A stretch of DNA of 64,000 nt from a virus (Duplodnaviria > Caudoviricetes), in IMG/VR virus record IMGVR_UViG_2974628631_000001, positions 32,001 to 96,000 of that record; one strand, 5' to 3'. A program made the translations under genes and the position numbers. The number at the start of each line of letters is the position of its first letter. Position 1 is the first letter of the stretch. A model generated the notes under the pieces. That model did not search any database. It had not been told where the DNA came from and saw nothing but the letters and a program-made list of their open reading frames with translations. Below are positions 47,183-57,148 of the stretch, piece after piece.

Positions 47183-47391
47183 AGCAATATCCAAGTCCAG
47201 ATAACTTCATGGACATTGTAGTCACTCAGCATGAAGAAGACTTCACAAAATGGCGGGTTGTTGGTGTTACTGTAGACTGGGATGCAGTCAAGCAGCTAGA
47301 CATCGAAACAGACTTTTCCAACAAGGCGCTTGCAGAAGCCTTCATCAGAGGGTATACTGATAAGTACGTAAGAAGGAACTTCTTCGAGTGA
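47179..47391 (+). CDS. hypothetical protein
   Basis: ORF track. Confidence 0.5.
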   Translation: MKQYPSPDNFMDIVVTQHEEDFTKWRVVGVTVDWDAVKQLDIETDFSNKALAEAFIRGYTDKYVRRNFFE

Positions 47392-47457
47392 ACGATTGGG
47401 GCTTCGGCCCCAAGCTTGACAGACCACTACAAAGTCTGTTATGATTGATAACATCGA

Positions 47458-47541
47458 GCGGGTGTGGCGGAACTAGGCAGACGCGATAGGTTTAGGTCCT
47501 ATTGTCCTTGTGGCGTGCAGGTTCGATTCCTGTCACCCGTA
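47458..47541 (+). tRNA. tRNA-Leu(TAG)
   Basis: ATAGG-TTTAGGT-CCTAT. Confidence 0.9.
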
Positions 47542-47571
47542 CTTTATCGTTAATTACAAGAGGGGAATGTA

Positions 47572-47751
47572 ATGAGCAACTTCAACTATGGTGACGATGT
47601 TGTTGATGTCAGTGGCGCTGAGGGTAGGGTCGTTGACGAGACTGTCGGAGGTGGAAAGGTCACTGTCCGAATCACCAAGGAAGGTCCCAATTCGTCTTTT
47701 CGAAAGGGACAGCGAGTAAACATTCTTGAGCGACAGCTTAGGAAGAAGTAA
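47572..47751 (+). CDS. small SH3/KOW-like protein (not in ORF track)
   Basis: FNYGDDVVDVSGAEGRVV... Confidence 0.55.
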   Translation: MSNFNYGDDVVDVSGAEGRVVDETVGGGKVTVRITKEGPNSSFRKGQRVNILERQLRKK

Positions 47752-47792
47752 CAAAACGGCGGGGTTCGCTCCGCCAAGCTTGGGAGGTCATA

Positions 47793-47984
47793 ATGGCTAA
47801 GAGAGCAAGAATGAATTCTCCTGTAAAGATTTCAAAACCAAATAATGCTATCAACAGGAGATACAAGGATGAGCTAGGAATCATCTTTGACATCAAGACA
47901 GAAGAGCGCAGAACCTATTACATGGTTCGACTAAACGGAGGTCATACAATCTCTGTTGATAGAGATGAAATCACAGTGCTATGA
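47793..47984 (+). CDS. small SH3-like protein
   Basis: GGAGG RBS; beta-rich. Confidence 0.55.
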   Translation: MAKRARMNSPVKISKPNNAINRRYKDELGIIFDIKTEERRTYYMVRLNGGHTISVDRDEITVL

Positions 47985-48169
47985 AGCTACCACATTACAT
48001 TAGTAGAAAGTCGTGGCATCAAGGTGACCGTGTGATTGTCGCTGTTGGACAGCACAAGGGCAAGCATGGTACAGTGAAGTTGTTCGCCACCAAGCACAAC
48101 TATCTAGTACTTCTCGATGGAGAAGAAAGACCAAGACAGTTCCATAAGGGTGCATTGGACCCTGAATAG
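47981..48169 (+). CDS. KOW-motif protein
   Basis: GDRVIVAVGQHKGKHGTV. Confidence 0.65.
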   Translation: MKLPHYISRKSWHQGDRVIVAVGQHKGKHGTVKLFATKHNYLVLLDGEERPRQFHKGALDPE

Positions 48170-48360
48170 GAGAAAGTAAATGGCTAACGATAGTGGTATC
48201 CCGAAGCCTGCAAAGTATGCGGTTAAGTGCGACAAGTCCAGCTCTGGAAAGCACACTCCGACTACACGCGAGACCAAGGTTGACGGACAGCACATCAAGT
48301 ACAAGATTTGCACTAGCTGCAATGGTACGCTAAAGTAAGACCAAGGCCCTTCGGGGTCAT

Positions 48361-48432
48361 GCGGGGTTAGCTCAGTGGGAGAGCGTCTGCCTTACAAGCA
48401 GAGGGCCGGGGGTTCGAATCCCTCACTCCGTA
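48361..48432 (+). tRNA. tRNA-Val(TAC)
   Basis: TCTGC-CTTACAA-GCAGA. Confidence 0.92.
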
Positions 48433-48600
48433 CAATGGGAGAAATACCGAAAGGCTGGCACCTTTCGGCGGGCTTAGCAATGCTGTGCCAGCAGTAAGTT
48501 GTTAGTACCGGGGATAGTCTAGAAAACTATCCCGTAATCCCGTAAGCTAAATCCTCGGTGTAGATACGTAAAAAGTTGGATTGAAAGAAGTCTACACAAT

Positions 48601-48680
48601 GCCCGCGTAGGCGAATGGTATAGCCGCTGGTCTCAAACACCAGGCCGAAAGGCGTGTCGGTTCGACTCCGACCGTGGGTA
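48601..48680 (+). tRNA. tRNA-Leu(CAA)
   Basis: CTGGT-CTCAAAC-ACCAG. Confidence 0.88.
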
Positions 48681-48784
48681 CATGTCTCTTGGAAGACCTC
48701 CGGGTGAAGTACCGAATCCAAGTGGTGGCACTAAGCCACGACAGCCTAAACCGCCAACCGGTCCAGGCCGATAAAAGGAGAAAC

Positions 48785-48979
48785 ATGATGCAGTTTACTA
48801 AGGTTGATGAAGACGCTTACACGGTTCTGATGAACCTTGATACCATTCAGCGCATTGCCAAGGCTTTTGGTGACCAGGAGAATGAGGGTATGGGAGATGA
48901 GCGAGACGCAGTTCTCGGTACATCATTTGAGAATGCCCATGAGCGTCTGAGCAAGCCTGAGACTTCTGAGTCCGAGTGA
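48785..48979 (+). CDS. hypothetical protein
   Basis: AAAAGGAG RBS. Confidence 0.55.
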   Translation: MMQFTKVDEDAYTVLMNLDTIQRIAKAFGDQENEGMGDERDAVLGTSFENAHERLSKPETSESE

Positions 48980-49279
48980 CTTACAGCCCCGGAAACGGGG
49001 CTAAGCTTTTGAGAGAGGGTGGTAAAATGGCGAAGACCAAGTGGGTGCCAGTAGGAAATAGGATGATGGACAGAGCTTATCTGAGAGATGGCGATGTCGT
49101 TCATACTGGTGAGGCTCTGCTACTTGCGCTTCTGTTTCACGCTAAGGGTAAGACCAAGCGTAGTCAGGATGAGCTAAAGCAAGTCTCTAAGATGCTGGAT
49201 GACCCTAATCTCAACAAGAGGACTCCCCGCAGAAAGAAGTGATTCTTTCTTGGCGGGGTTTTCCCGTTTTAGGAGTAAT

Positions 49280-49621
49280 ATGGCTAGACTAATTATCAAC
49301 AGGACAGACTCTCGTTGCGAGAAATGCAATAAGTCTGCGAGCCCCCATGAGATGGGGCATTTCACTGTCTATGGTTATGTAGATAACGGCTATCCCGGTT
49401 GCGGAGAGCTTTGGGACAGTGTAGACTCTGACTACATCAACTTGCCAAAGCAGATGATTGAATGGCATTTCAACATGCCTCATTTGATTGGTCTGCCTGT
49501 ATATAGCGCAAGTTCTGAGCCGATTGGACTATTTGGTGGCCAGACAAGAGAGAATGCGACGTTGCCCCCAGTGTCAGAGGAAGACGATGACACCATTTAT
49601 GAAGCAGAAGATTTGCGGTAA
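49280..49621 (+). CDS. hypothetical protein
   Basis: AGGAG RBS; CEKC..H..CG. Confidence 0.55.
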   Translation: MARLIINRTDSRCEKCNKSASPHEMGHFTVYGYVDNGYPGCGELWDSVDSDYINLPKQMIEWHFNMPHLIGLPVYSASSEPIGLFGGQTRENATLPPVSEEDDDTIYEAEDLR

Positions 49622-49653
49622 CTGTTCCGCAGAGGAAATTATTAGGAGTATTC

Positions 49654-49887
49654 GTGGCGGGTCTGCCGAAGAAGTTGTACTATGTCCTAGTGAAGCCAGG
49701 AGGGAAGCCTCTGGGATACCGTCAGAAGGGCGGAGGGACATACACGAACGAGAAGAATGCTAATGCTCAGTACGAGCATTTGAAGAAGTATGGTTCCAAT
49801 GTGGAATTGTATTCCACAGACATCAATTGGTGGCTTGAGAAGACCTCTCAGGAGAATCCAATGGAGGGAATGCCTGGTCTATGGTAA
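49654..49887 (+). CDS. hypothetical protein
   Basis: AGGAG RBS. Confidence 0.55.
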   Translation: MAGLPKKLYYVLVKPGGKPLGYRQKGGGTYTNEKNANAQYEHLKKYGSNVELYSTDINWWLEKTSQENPMEGMPGLW

Positions 49888-50558
49888 ACGTGCTGTTTGT
49901 AACTGGCGCGGGTATTTCAGCCAATGCAGGCATCGCCACCTACCGTGATGGTGGTTCAACATGGGTGGACGGAGACCTTGAGAAAAAGTCTCACTCGTCT
50001 CGTTATGGCAACCACCTAGATGAGCTGTGGGATAAACACTGGGGTCCCCTGTCAAAGGCTATGGCCGATGCTGAGCCTACCTACACACATCGTGCCATAG
50101 CTGAATTTCAGAAGAGCAACCCCAGTATCATTGCAACGCAGAACATCGATGACTTGCATGAGCGTGCCGAGTCTGATAACGTAGCACATCTACATGGCAG
50201 CATGGTCATCAAGTGCATCCGGTGCAAGAGAAGCCATCTTGAAACGAGGTGGACTAAGGGTGCTCCGCAGTGTCCACACTGTGGTAAGATGAAGACTCGT
50301 CCAGACGTTGTACTCTTTGGTGAGAAGCTGGACCTGAAAATGTTCGGTGCGCTAGAGGCTTTCGCAAAGTACGAGTCTGATGTTATCGTTGCTATTGGAA
50401 CGTCGCTCAATGTGTTTCCTGCGGCGGGTTTGGTAATGGACAACATTGCTAAGTCAATCATTATCAATAAGGAACCAACCAAGTTCGACAGATTTGCATA
50501 CAAGGTCTACAATGAAGACTGCGATTCAGTCATTGATGAAGTGCTAGGGAGCCTATAA
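49881..50558 (+). CDS. Sir2-family NAD-dependent deacylase/ADP-ribosyltransferase
   Basis: TGAGIS, TQNIDDLH, HLHGS, CxxC/CxxC, RPDVVLFGE, GTSLNVFPAA. Confidence 0.92.
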   Translation: MVNVLFVTGAGISANAGIATYRDGGSTWVDGDLEKKSHSSRYGNHLDELWDKHWGPLSKAMADAEPTYTHRAIAEFQKSNPSIIATQNIDDLHERAESDNVAHLHGSMVIKCIRCKRSHLETRWTKGAPQCPHCGKMKTRPDVVLFGEKLDLKMFGALEAFAKYESDVIVAIGTSLNVFPAAGLVMDNIAKSIIINKEPTKFDRFAYKVYNEDCDSVIDEVLGSL

Positions 50559-51025
50559 TGGTAACGTATGTCAAGGGTGATGCGACCAAGCCTCAGGGTG
50601 ATGGTCCTAAGATTATTGCCCATGTGTGCAATGATAAGGGTGGCTGGGGTGCTGGATTCGTCCTTGCTCTGAATAAGCTTTCTCCGAAGCCAGAGCAAGA
50701 GTACCGTTCTTGGTACAAGAGTCACGCCTTTCCCTTTCTGCCTCTAGGTAAGACTCAGTCTGTTCGCGTAAGCGAAGACCTTTGGGTTTACAATATGATT
50801 GCTCAGCATGGTACAGTGAGTAAGTTGAATCCCCAACCACTTTCTTACGAAGCACTTGAGATTGCTCTTGAAAGACTTGCTGCGGAGGCTGAATATATGA
50901 ATGCGACAGTTCATATGCCCCGCATTGGTTGCGGTCTTGCAGGTGGTAAGTGGGATGTGGTAGAGTCAATCATCAACCGAACGCTTACACTTCGTGATAT
51001 TGACGTAACAGTCTACGACCTGTAG
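50558..51025 (+). CDS. macrodomain ADP-ribose hydrolase (Poa1p/TARG1/DarG-like)
   Basis: VKGDAT, IAHVCNDKGGWGAGF, MPRIGCGLAGGKW. Confidence 0.9.
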   Translation: MVTYVKGDATKPQGDGPKIIAHVCNDKGGWGAGFVLALNKLSPKPEQEYRSWYKSHAFPFLPLGKTQSVRVSEDLWVYNMIAQHGTVSKLNPQPLSYEALEIALERLAAEAEYMNATVHMPRIGCGLAGGKWDVVESIINRTLTLRDIDVTVYDL

Positions 51026-51082
51026 GCTGCTGGGGAGGAAACTCCCCAAGCTTCATTGGTACAACAAGAGGAGAAATAACCA

Positions 51083-53002
51083 ATGCGACCTAACACTGCA
51101 ATTGCCGAGCGTCAGGGTGACCTTGGTGGTGAAAAGGTCCAGATGACCTTTGACCAGAACAGTCTTGCTCACCTGATGTCTGTTCTGACCGACCTGTATT
51201 CTGACCCTGAGCTTGCGGTAATTCGTGAGTACAGCACCAATGCCTATGATGCACAGCTTCGTGCAGGAGTTGTTCGGCCCATTGAGGTTGTTACTCCCAA
51301 TCAGCTTTCGCCATTCTTCAAGGTGAAGGATTATGGCATTGGAATGAATGCAACCGATATCCGGGAAATTTATTCTCAGTACGGTGCGTCTACTAAGCGT
51401 GACAGCGATGACCAGGTTGGTATGCTTGGTCTCGGATGTAAGTCTGCTCTGACTTACACCAATAGCTTCACTGTTTCCGCAGTTAAGGATGGTGTAAAGA
51501 CTCTGGTTGTTGTTTCTCGTTCTGAGGATGGCTCTGGAGTTATGGAGATTCTTTCTGAGGCTGAAACGACTGACCCGAATGGTGTCGAGATTATCGTTCC
51601 GGTCAAGAGTTACAATCAGTTTGAACAGAAGGCTAAGAACTTCTTCCGATTTTGGGATGAAGATACTGTCCTTCTGAATGGAAAGCCTGTTCAGCGTATT
51701 TCTGGCCGGGTTATCTCTGACAATATGCTCATCGCTAATGGTCTCAATCAGGACTATGTTGTTATGGGTAATGTTCCCTACCAGATTAGCTCTGGCTTCA
51801 GTATTTCAAATCGTGGCTATGGATACCAGAATGGCGTTGTGGCTCGTGTGGAAATTGGAGACGTGAGCTTTACACCTTCTCGTGAGGCGTTGCATTACAC
51901 CATTCGTACCAAGGAGACTATTAAGAGGCTCCAGGACGAATATGCGGCGGGTATCAAGGATGCTCTCCAGCGTGACGTTGATGCAGCAGAGAATAGCAAG
52001 GATGCTGTTATGGCATACTTTGAGTGGTCAAAGATTCTCTATGGTAGTGTCCAGCGTGCTCCGAAGATTCAGTACAAGGGCAAGGAGATTCCGACTCATG
52101 TTCGGTCTCGCAACTTCCTTTACAAGATGACGAGTTCGCGGTATGCTGTACAAGAGGGAACGGGCCTCTATCTTGACAACATGATGGACGTTCCGGTAAT
52201 TCACGGATTCAAGTTCAACAAGGTTGCTTCCCATCACCGTGAGAAGATTCGTCTGTGGTCTTCCAAGACGGGTATTACCTCTCACAGCGTCATTCTGGTA
52301 GATGAGGTTCCCGAGGATTACAAGAATTGGGTTGGTGAGGACCAGCTTTATTCTTGGGAAGATGAAGTCAAGATTGTAAAGAAGGACCGGCCGAAGGTTG
52401 TACGTAGGGAAAAGGTCGAGTACACTGTATATCGTGAGGGCACTGCCCGACGAGAAGACATCACCCTTGACGAATTTCCTGACGTTGAGATGGTCCTTGT
52501 TTCAGCTCCAGAGTTGAAGAGTGTGGATTATCACTGGTTCAATACTTTCAAGGAGCTTTTCCCTGACACGATGATTGTTCGGATTCCGACAACTCGTTGG
52601 GCAAAGTTCGAGCGGGATTTCGGAAAGACTCAGTCTCTCCGTGACTTTCTTGAGGAGAAGAGCCAGGATGCGGCAGACCTTCTTACTGAAGATGACAAGA
52701 CGTACATGCACCTTGATTGGCACGCGCGTAGGGCTCTGCCCCGACTTGATGACAAGAAGATTGATGACCCGCAGCTTGCTCGGTTCATTCGAGTAACCCG
52801 CCGGGATGGTGAGTCTAATGAAATCAAGAACTACAAGCGTATCAATTCTCTTTGCTCTGGTATTCATGCCAAGCAGATTGATGTAGAGTATAAGGCATAC
52901 AGTCCATTCATTGACTACCCTCTTTTGAGTGGACTTGGTGACAACAAGAATGATGTTTATTCTCATGCGGTCATCTATGTAAATGCTGTATACAATTCCT
53001 AG
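51083..53002 (+). CDS. rIIA-like protein (GHKL/Hsp90-like ATPase)
   Basis: LYSDPELAVIREYSTNAYDA, DYGIGM, YGASTK, GMLGLGCKS. Confidence 0.88.
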   Translation: MRPNTAIAERQGDLGGEKVQMTFDQNSLAHLMSVLTDLYSDPELAVIREYSTNAYDAQLRAGVVRPIEVVTPNQLSPFFKVKDYGIGMNATDIREIYSQYGASTKRDSDDQVGMLGLGCKSALTYTNSFTVSAVKDGVKTLVVVSRSEDGSGVMEILSEAETTDPNGVEIIVPVKSYNQFEQKAKNFFRFWDEDTVLLNGKPVQRISGRVISDNMLIANGLNQDYVVMGNVPYQISSGFSISNRGYGYQNGVVARVEIGDVSFTPSREALHYTIRTKETIKRLQDEYAAGIKDALQRDVDAAENSKDAVMAYFEWSKILYGSVQRAPKIQYKGKEIPTHVRSRNFLYKMTSSRYAVQEGTGLYLDNMMDVPVIHGFKFNKVASHHREKIRLWSSKTGITSHSVILVDEVPEDYKNWVGEDQLYSWEDEVKIVKKDRPKVVRREKVEYTVYREGTARREDITLDEFPDVEMVLVSAPELKSVDYHWFNTFKELFPDTMIVRIPTTRWAKFERDFGKTQSLRDFLEEKSQDAADLLTEDDKTYMHLDWHARRALPRLDDKKIDDPQLARFIRVTRRDGESNEIKNYKRINSLCSGIHAKQIDVEYKAYSPFIDYPLLSGLGDNKNDVYSHAVIYVNAVYNS

Positions 53003-53057
53003 GAATTGTGCCCCTTCGGGGGCAAGCTTCCCGAAAAGATATCTAAGGAGATAAACA

Positions 53058-53987
53058 ATGAGTTTCCCTTTCAGCATCTTCCGTTTCTCCGAGTCCGATG
53101 AGGTTAACCTTACCGCCTTCGTGGATGGACAGATGTATTCCGCTACGGATTCTCACCCGAATTACGAGCGAATTAAGGAGATGTGTGAGGCAGGCAATGA
53201 GGACGTTGTCTCTCTGTTTGACCTTTCCATCACTGCACAGCGACGATTCGAGCGTCTTTCTGAGCGAGTCAGCATTACTTCCGGCCGGATTTACTTTGAT
53301 GGCGAAGAGGTAGACAATGCTCTTACTCAGCAGGTTGTTCGATTCATCAATGAGGGTGTAGAGGACTTCAAGCCTCTCGTTCTGTTCTTTGAGAAGGTGC
53401 AGACGAACCCAAATTCCCATTCTCAGGAGCAGCTTTACCGCTGGCTTAAGGACCGTTCCTTCACTATTAACCAGGATGGCAACATTGTTGCTTACAAGGG
53501 TGTGAAGAAGGTTACGGCAGAGCACGAGTACGAGAGTATTTCTCACGGAACTGCCATGGTTAATGGTGTTGAGCACACGGGTGGAATTCCTAACCCGCTT
53601 GGCGCTGTTGTGGAGATGCCTCGTTCTGAGGTTCAGCACAACCCTAGCGTTGGCTGTCACACTGGTCTGCACGCTGGTACGTGGAATTACGCGTCCGGAT
53701 TTGCTCAGGGTGCGGTTCTGACTGTTGAAATTAATCCACGCGATGTGGTTTCTGTTCCGACCGATTGCCAGGACCAGAAGATGCGCGTTTGTCGCTACAC
53801 TGTGACTGGTGTCACTGAGCAGGAGCTTGGCAGTTACATCACTGACGAGTATGATGAGGACGAAGAGGTTGAGGGTGTTGACCTTCCGAAGGAGACTCCG
53901 GAGCCTGTGAAGTATCAGCAGGTTGACTGGCTGACTTCTGTGCCGTATCCTTATGACGACGATGATGAAGAGGACGACGTTTTCTGA
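53058..53987 (+). CDS. rIIB-like protein
   Basis: DG..VAYKGV...VEMPRSEV....CHTGLH...VEINPRDVVSVPTD..KMRVCRY. Confidence 0.9.
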   Translation: MSFPFSIFRFSESDEVNLTAFVDGQMYSATDSHPNYERIKEMCEAGNEDVVSLFDLSITAQRRFERLSERVSITSGRIYFDGEEVDNALTQQVVRFINEGVEDFKPLVLFFEKVQTNPNSHSQEQLYRWLKDRSFTINQDGNIVAYKGVKKVTAEHEYESISHGTAMVNGVEHTGGIPNPLGAVVEMPRSEVQHNPSVGCHTGLHAGTWNYASGFAQGAVLTVEINPRDVVSVPTDCQDQKMRVCRYTVTGVTEQELGSYITDEYDEDEEVEGVDLPKETPEPVKYQQVDWLTSVPYPYDDDDEEDDVF

Positions 53988-54407
53988 TTCATCTGCCCCT
54001 TCGGGGGCAAGCTTATTACTACATAGGAGGAACAGTGACGGTTGCAGAATTGATTGCAAAGTTGCAGACGTATCACAACCAGGATGCTAAGGTTAAGGTC
54101 CGAGTTGACGATGGATGCGGTTGTTGTTCAAGCGGCGGGACGTATGAAGATATTGAGGTTGATGTTGTAGACGGAGAAATCCGAATTTCTGACTGATATA
54201 CTCGCCTCTTCGGAGGCAAGCTTGAAGGGAGGGTGCATGATTGACCCTGAAGACTGGTTCCCCGAAGAGGTTTTGGATGAGCTTGAAGAAGTTGATGCAA
54301 GCTTGTATGATATCCTTCCTGAGGAACTGATTCAGTATCTAGAGGATGCTGAAGATGACCGGAATCATTGGGACCGTTATGACGAGATGCCTTGGAATGG
54401 ATAAGCA

Positions 54408-55181
54408 ATGAAGATTATGGTTCTTGGTGACACTCATGGTGAGACGCAATGGACTAAGGACATTGTAAAGCGGGCTCATCGCATGAAGGTCGAAAAGATT
54501 ATTCAAGTAGGTGACTTTGGCATCTGGACTCATGAGGCTGAGGGTCACCGCTTTCTGGATACTGTCAATGAAGAACTCCGCCGGGTTGGCATTAAGATGT
54601 ACTTCGTTGGCGGCAATCACGAGAATTGGGACCATCTTAACTGGTTCCAAAAGAACAACGCCAAGAGTGGTGACGGACACACGTACATTCGTTCACACAT
54701 TCTGTATACTGGACGTGTTCACCGCTGGACTTGGGGCGAGAAGGGTTCCGAGAAGATTTTTCAGGCTGTTGGTGGAGCTGTCTCCGTTGACAAGAACTGG
54801 CGAACCGTAGGAAAGACCCTGTGGCTCGATGAGGAAATTCCTGAGCCTGTCGTTTATGGTCTGGAGAAGGCTGGTCGCCAATGCGATTACCTTTTTACTC
54901 ACGATGCGCCTAGCTGCGTTCCGATGAGTAATCTGAAGCCTGACATGGATTCGGCTCGTCACCGTGGTTACATGGACCGAATTGGGCGGGCTGTCCGACC
55001 CAATCTTTGGTTCCATGGTCACTACCACAAGTGGATGGAGTACAGCTTTATGCATCAGCAGGGCTATGCTTTCGTCTACGGTCTTGACCGAGACTTCCAG
55101 TTCTACAGCTATGTTATTCTTGACACTGATAGTGACAACGTAACTACTGCAACTGGCAAGGTTGTGGAGCACGGAAACTAA
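54408..55181 (+). CDS. metallophosphoesterase
   Basis: GDTHG, VGDFG, GNHE, THDAP, HGHYH. Confidence 0.88.
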   Translation: MKIMVLGDTHGETQWTKDIVKRAHRMKVEKIIQVGDFGIWTHEAEGHRFLDTVNEELRRVGIKMYFVGGNHENWDHLNWFQKNNAKSGDGHTYIRSHILYTGRVHRWTWGEKGSEKIFQAVGGAVSVDKNWRTVGKTLWLDEEIPEPVVYGLEKAGRQCDYLFTHDAPSCVPMSNLKPDMDSARHRGYMDRIGRAVRPNLWFHGHYHKWMEYSFMHQQGYAFVYGLDRDFQFYSYVILDTDSDNVTTATGKVVEHGN

Positions 55182-55268
55182 GCATTTGCCATTTGAAAAC
55201 ATTTCCAATACAATGAAATGTATGGAGGTTAACGCCTCCGATAGATTTTGAGGAGGTGTACAATTCAA

Positions 55269-55706
55269 ATGGCAAATGAAGAGAAGAACGAGTCACGTAT
55301 TCTTTCTGACGATGAGCGCGCTGCTGCTCTAAAGGAGTCTGACGCTCGTGCTGCGAAGAAGGATTACAAGCCTGTTACTGCTCAGTCTGCTGTTGCGGTT
55401 CACGGACCACACGGCGTTGAGGAGGCTGCTGCAAAGCGTGCAAAGGATGCTGGTGTCATCGACCCTGCGTTCGTAAACTATGCAGAGGCTCTAGAGAATT
55501 ACCAGGCTCGTCCAGACGTTGAGCCACTAGATGAGCGTCGCGCTCGTGAGGGTGGACGTGACTTCCAGGCTGCTGCATTCCGTCGTGAAATTGGTGGAAC
55601 AGACAACTCTGGAGTAACCACTTCTGAGGACGTTGCTACTGGAGCGGCTGAGGACAACAAGGACAACAACAAGACTGTTGCTGCCCGTAAGCCTTCCGCA
55701 AAGTAA
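55269..55706 (+). CDS. hypothetical protein
   Basis: GAGGAGGTG RBS; followed by terminator. Confidence 0.65.
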   Translation: MANEEKNESRILSDDERAAALKESDARAAKKDYKPVTAQSAVAVHGPHGVEEAAAKRAKDAGVIDPAFVNYAEALENYQARPDVEPLDERRAREGGRDFQAAAFRREIGGTDNSGVTTSEDVATGAAEDNKDNNKTVAARKPSAK

Positions 55707-55720
55707 GCGTTGTTATTCGT

Positions 55721-55763
55721 AAAAAGACCGGGGTTGACAAAGCCCCGGTCTTTTGCGTATACT
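55721..55763 (+). terminator. bidirectional terminator overlapping a promoter
   Basis: AAAAGACCGGGG/CCCCGGTCTTTT; TTGACA(55734)-18-TATACT. Confidence 0.7.
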
Positions 55764-55779
55764 ATAGAAACACAAACGA

Positions 55780-55852
55780 AATCCCTTAGCTCAGTTGGCA
55801 GAGCGCTGGACTTTTAATCCAAGTGTCGTCGGTTCGAGTCCGACAGGGATTA
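55780..55852 (+). tRNA. tRNA-Lys(TTT)
   Basis: Loop CTTTTAA. Confidence 0.88.
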
Positions 55853-55922
55853 CTCTTGACACGCCTGTGTCAAAAATGTTAAGATGCATGTATGATGCAA
55901 TTTGAACGAAAGGTAAGGACTT

Positions 55923-56159
55923 ATGCCTAATCTCGATTACAAGGCTGCCCACAAGTTTGTCAAGGAGCAGCGCCGGATTGGTAATGCTGTTCGCTGGGAT
56001 GGCTGGGACATGGTATTCTGGAAGCCGACTCGACATGGCTTCACGAATGTCAACGGAGCCTTTGATAGGGACAAGGGTCGCTGGGGCGTAGAGTCCCGAG
56101 TTTCCGTCAATACAGACGGTGTTTGGATGGTCCCTAAGAAGAATGTCAAGTCTGCTTGA
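55923..56159 (+). CDS. hypothetical protein
   Basis: AAGGA RBS; WDGWD motif. Confidence 0.6.
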   Translation: MPNLDYKAAHKFVKEQRRIGNAVRWDGWDMVFWKPTRHGFTNVNGAFDRDKGRWGVESRVSVNTDGVWMVPKKNVKSA

Positions 56160-56451
56160 GGAATTCGGGCTAGACCCGGAGGATTTCGAATGGCAAGACT
56201 TGGCTCTATGCTCTAGTATGCCGACAGCTTTCTTCTATGATTCTTATGAGTCAGACCAGGAAACGGCAAAGTCTATTGACCAAGTCTGCCTTCGATGTCC
56301 TGTCATTAAAGAGTGTTTCTTTGCAGGTGCTAGAGGGGAACACGGAGTTTGGGGCGGGTTTTATTGGAATGGCTCTGGTAGCCCAGACAAGAATAAAAAC
56401 TCCCACAAAACTGATGAGGTAAAAGCGGAGATTCTAAGGAGGGTAGAATGA
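56143..56451 (+). CDS. WhiB-family transcription factor
   Basis: WQDLALC...AK..CLRCPVIKEC...GVWGG. Confidence 0.9.
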   Translation: MSSLLEEFGLDPEDFEWQDLALCSSMPTAFFYDSYESDQETAKSIDQVCLRCPVIKECFFAGARGEHGVWGGFYWNGSGSPDKNKNSHKTDEVKAEILRRVE

Positions 56452-56705
56452 GTCAATACTCTCCTGAAGTACAGCGAATCTTCAAGACGATGAAGTCTCC
56501 CTATCAAGGCTTCATCGTGGATATGGTAGAATATCCTGACTACCTTGCACTACGGGTCTATAAGCCTAACATTGAAGAATTCAGCGAGATGCAAAAAGTA
56601 GCTCTCGCTGAATATCTGTTTCAGCTAAGAGATACAATTAGGTCAGAAGAAGTCAAGTGCCACATTGAGGGAGTCACTGATGCACCACCTTCTGGAAAAC
56701 GATAA
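56448..56705 (+). CDS. hypothetical protein
   Basis: Coupled ORF. Confidence 0.55.
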   Translation: MSQYSPEVQRIFKTMKSPYQGFIVDMVEYPDYLALRVYKPNIEEFSEMQKVALAEYLFQLRDTIRSEEVKCHIEGVTDAPPSGKR

Positions 56706-56870
56706 GCGTTACCCTCGCATTCTTATGATTGAGGAGAACGTCATCGGACATCTTGTCCAGCGCAATGCGTATTTTTCGCGGGTTAAGTACAGCATTCTTG
56801 GACATGAATACAACATTGAGGTAGACAACGATGAATATCTGGAGCTGCCTCAGATTGGATATGAGAGCGA

Positions 56871-57119
56871 TTGAGCGAGTCGGTTGTTTGTGCTTGCTGC
56901 GGAAGGCAGCACAATGAGCTACGTGCCCAGAACTCCAGACTGATTGCCGGAAATAAGTTCTTCGCATGTCCGTCATGCAAGGCAGACAAGAAAGAGCCTC
57001 GCGCTTACGTTATTCTTGTCGGCAGGGCTTCCGGTCCTGATTCAGTGACAGACTACATTTTGAACCGTCGATACTGCGGGGATGAAATTCTGGCCAAGGA
57101 ACTGGTTACAAGGCGTTAA
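56871..57119 (+). CDS. zinc-binding hypothetical protein
   Basis: CACCG...CPSC. Confidence 0.55.
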   Translation: MSESVVCACCGRQHNELRAQNSRLIAGNKFFACPSCKADKKEPRAYVILVGRASGPDSVTDYILNRRYCGDEILAKELVTRR

Positions 57120-57148
57120 AACTTAATAGGCGGGTTTTCCCGCCATAC

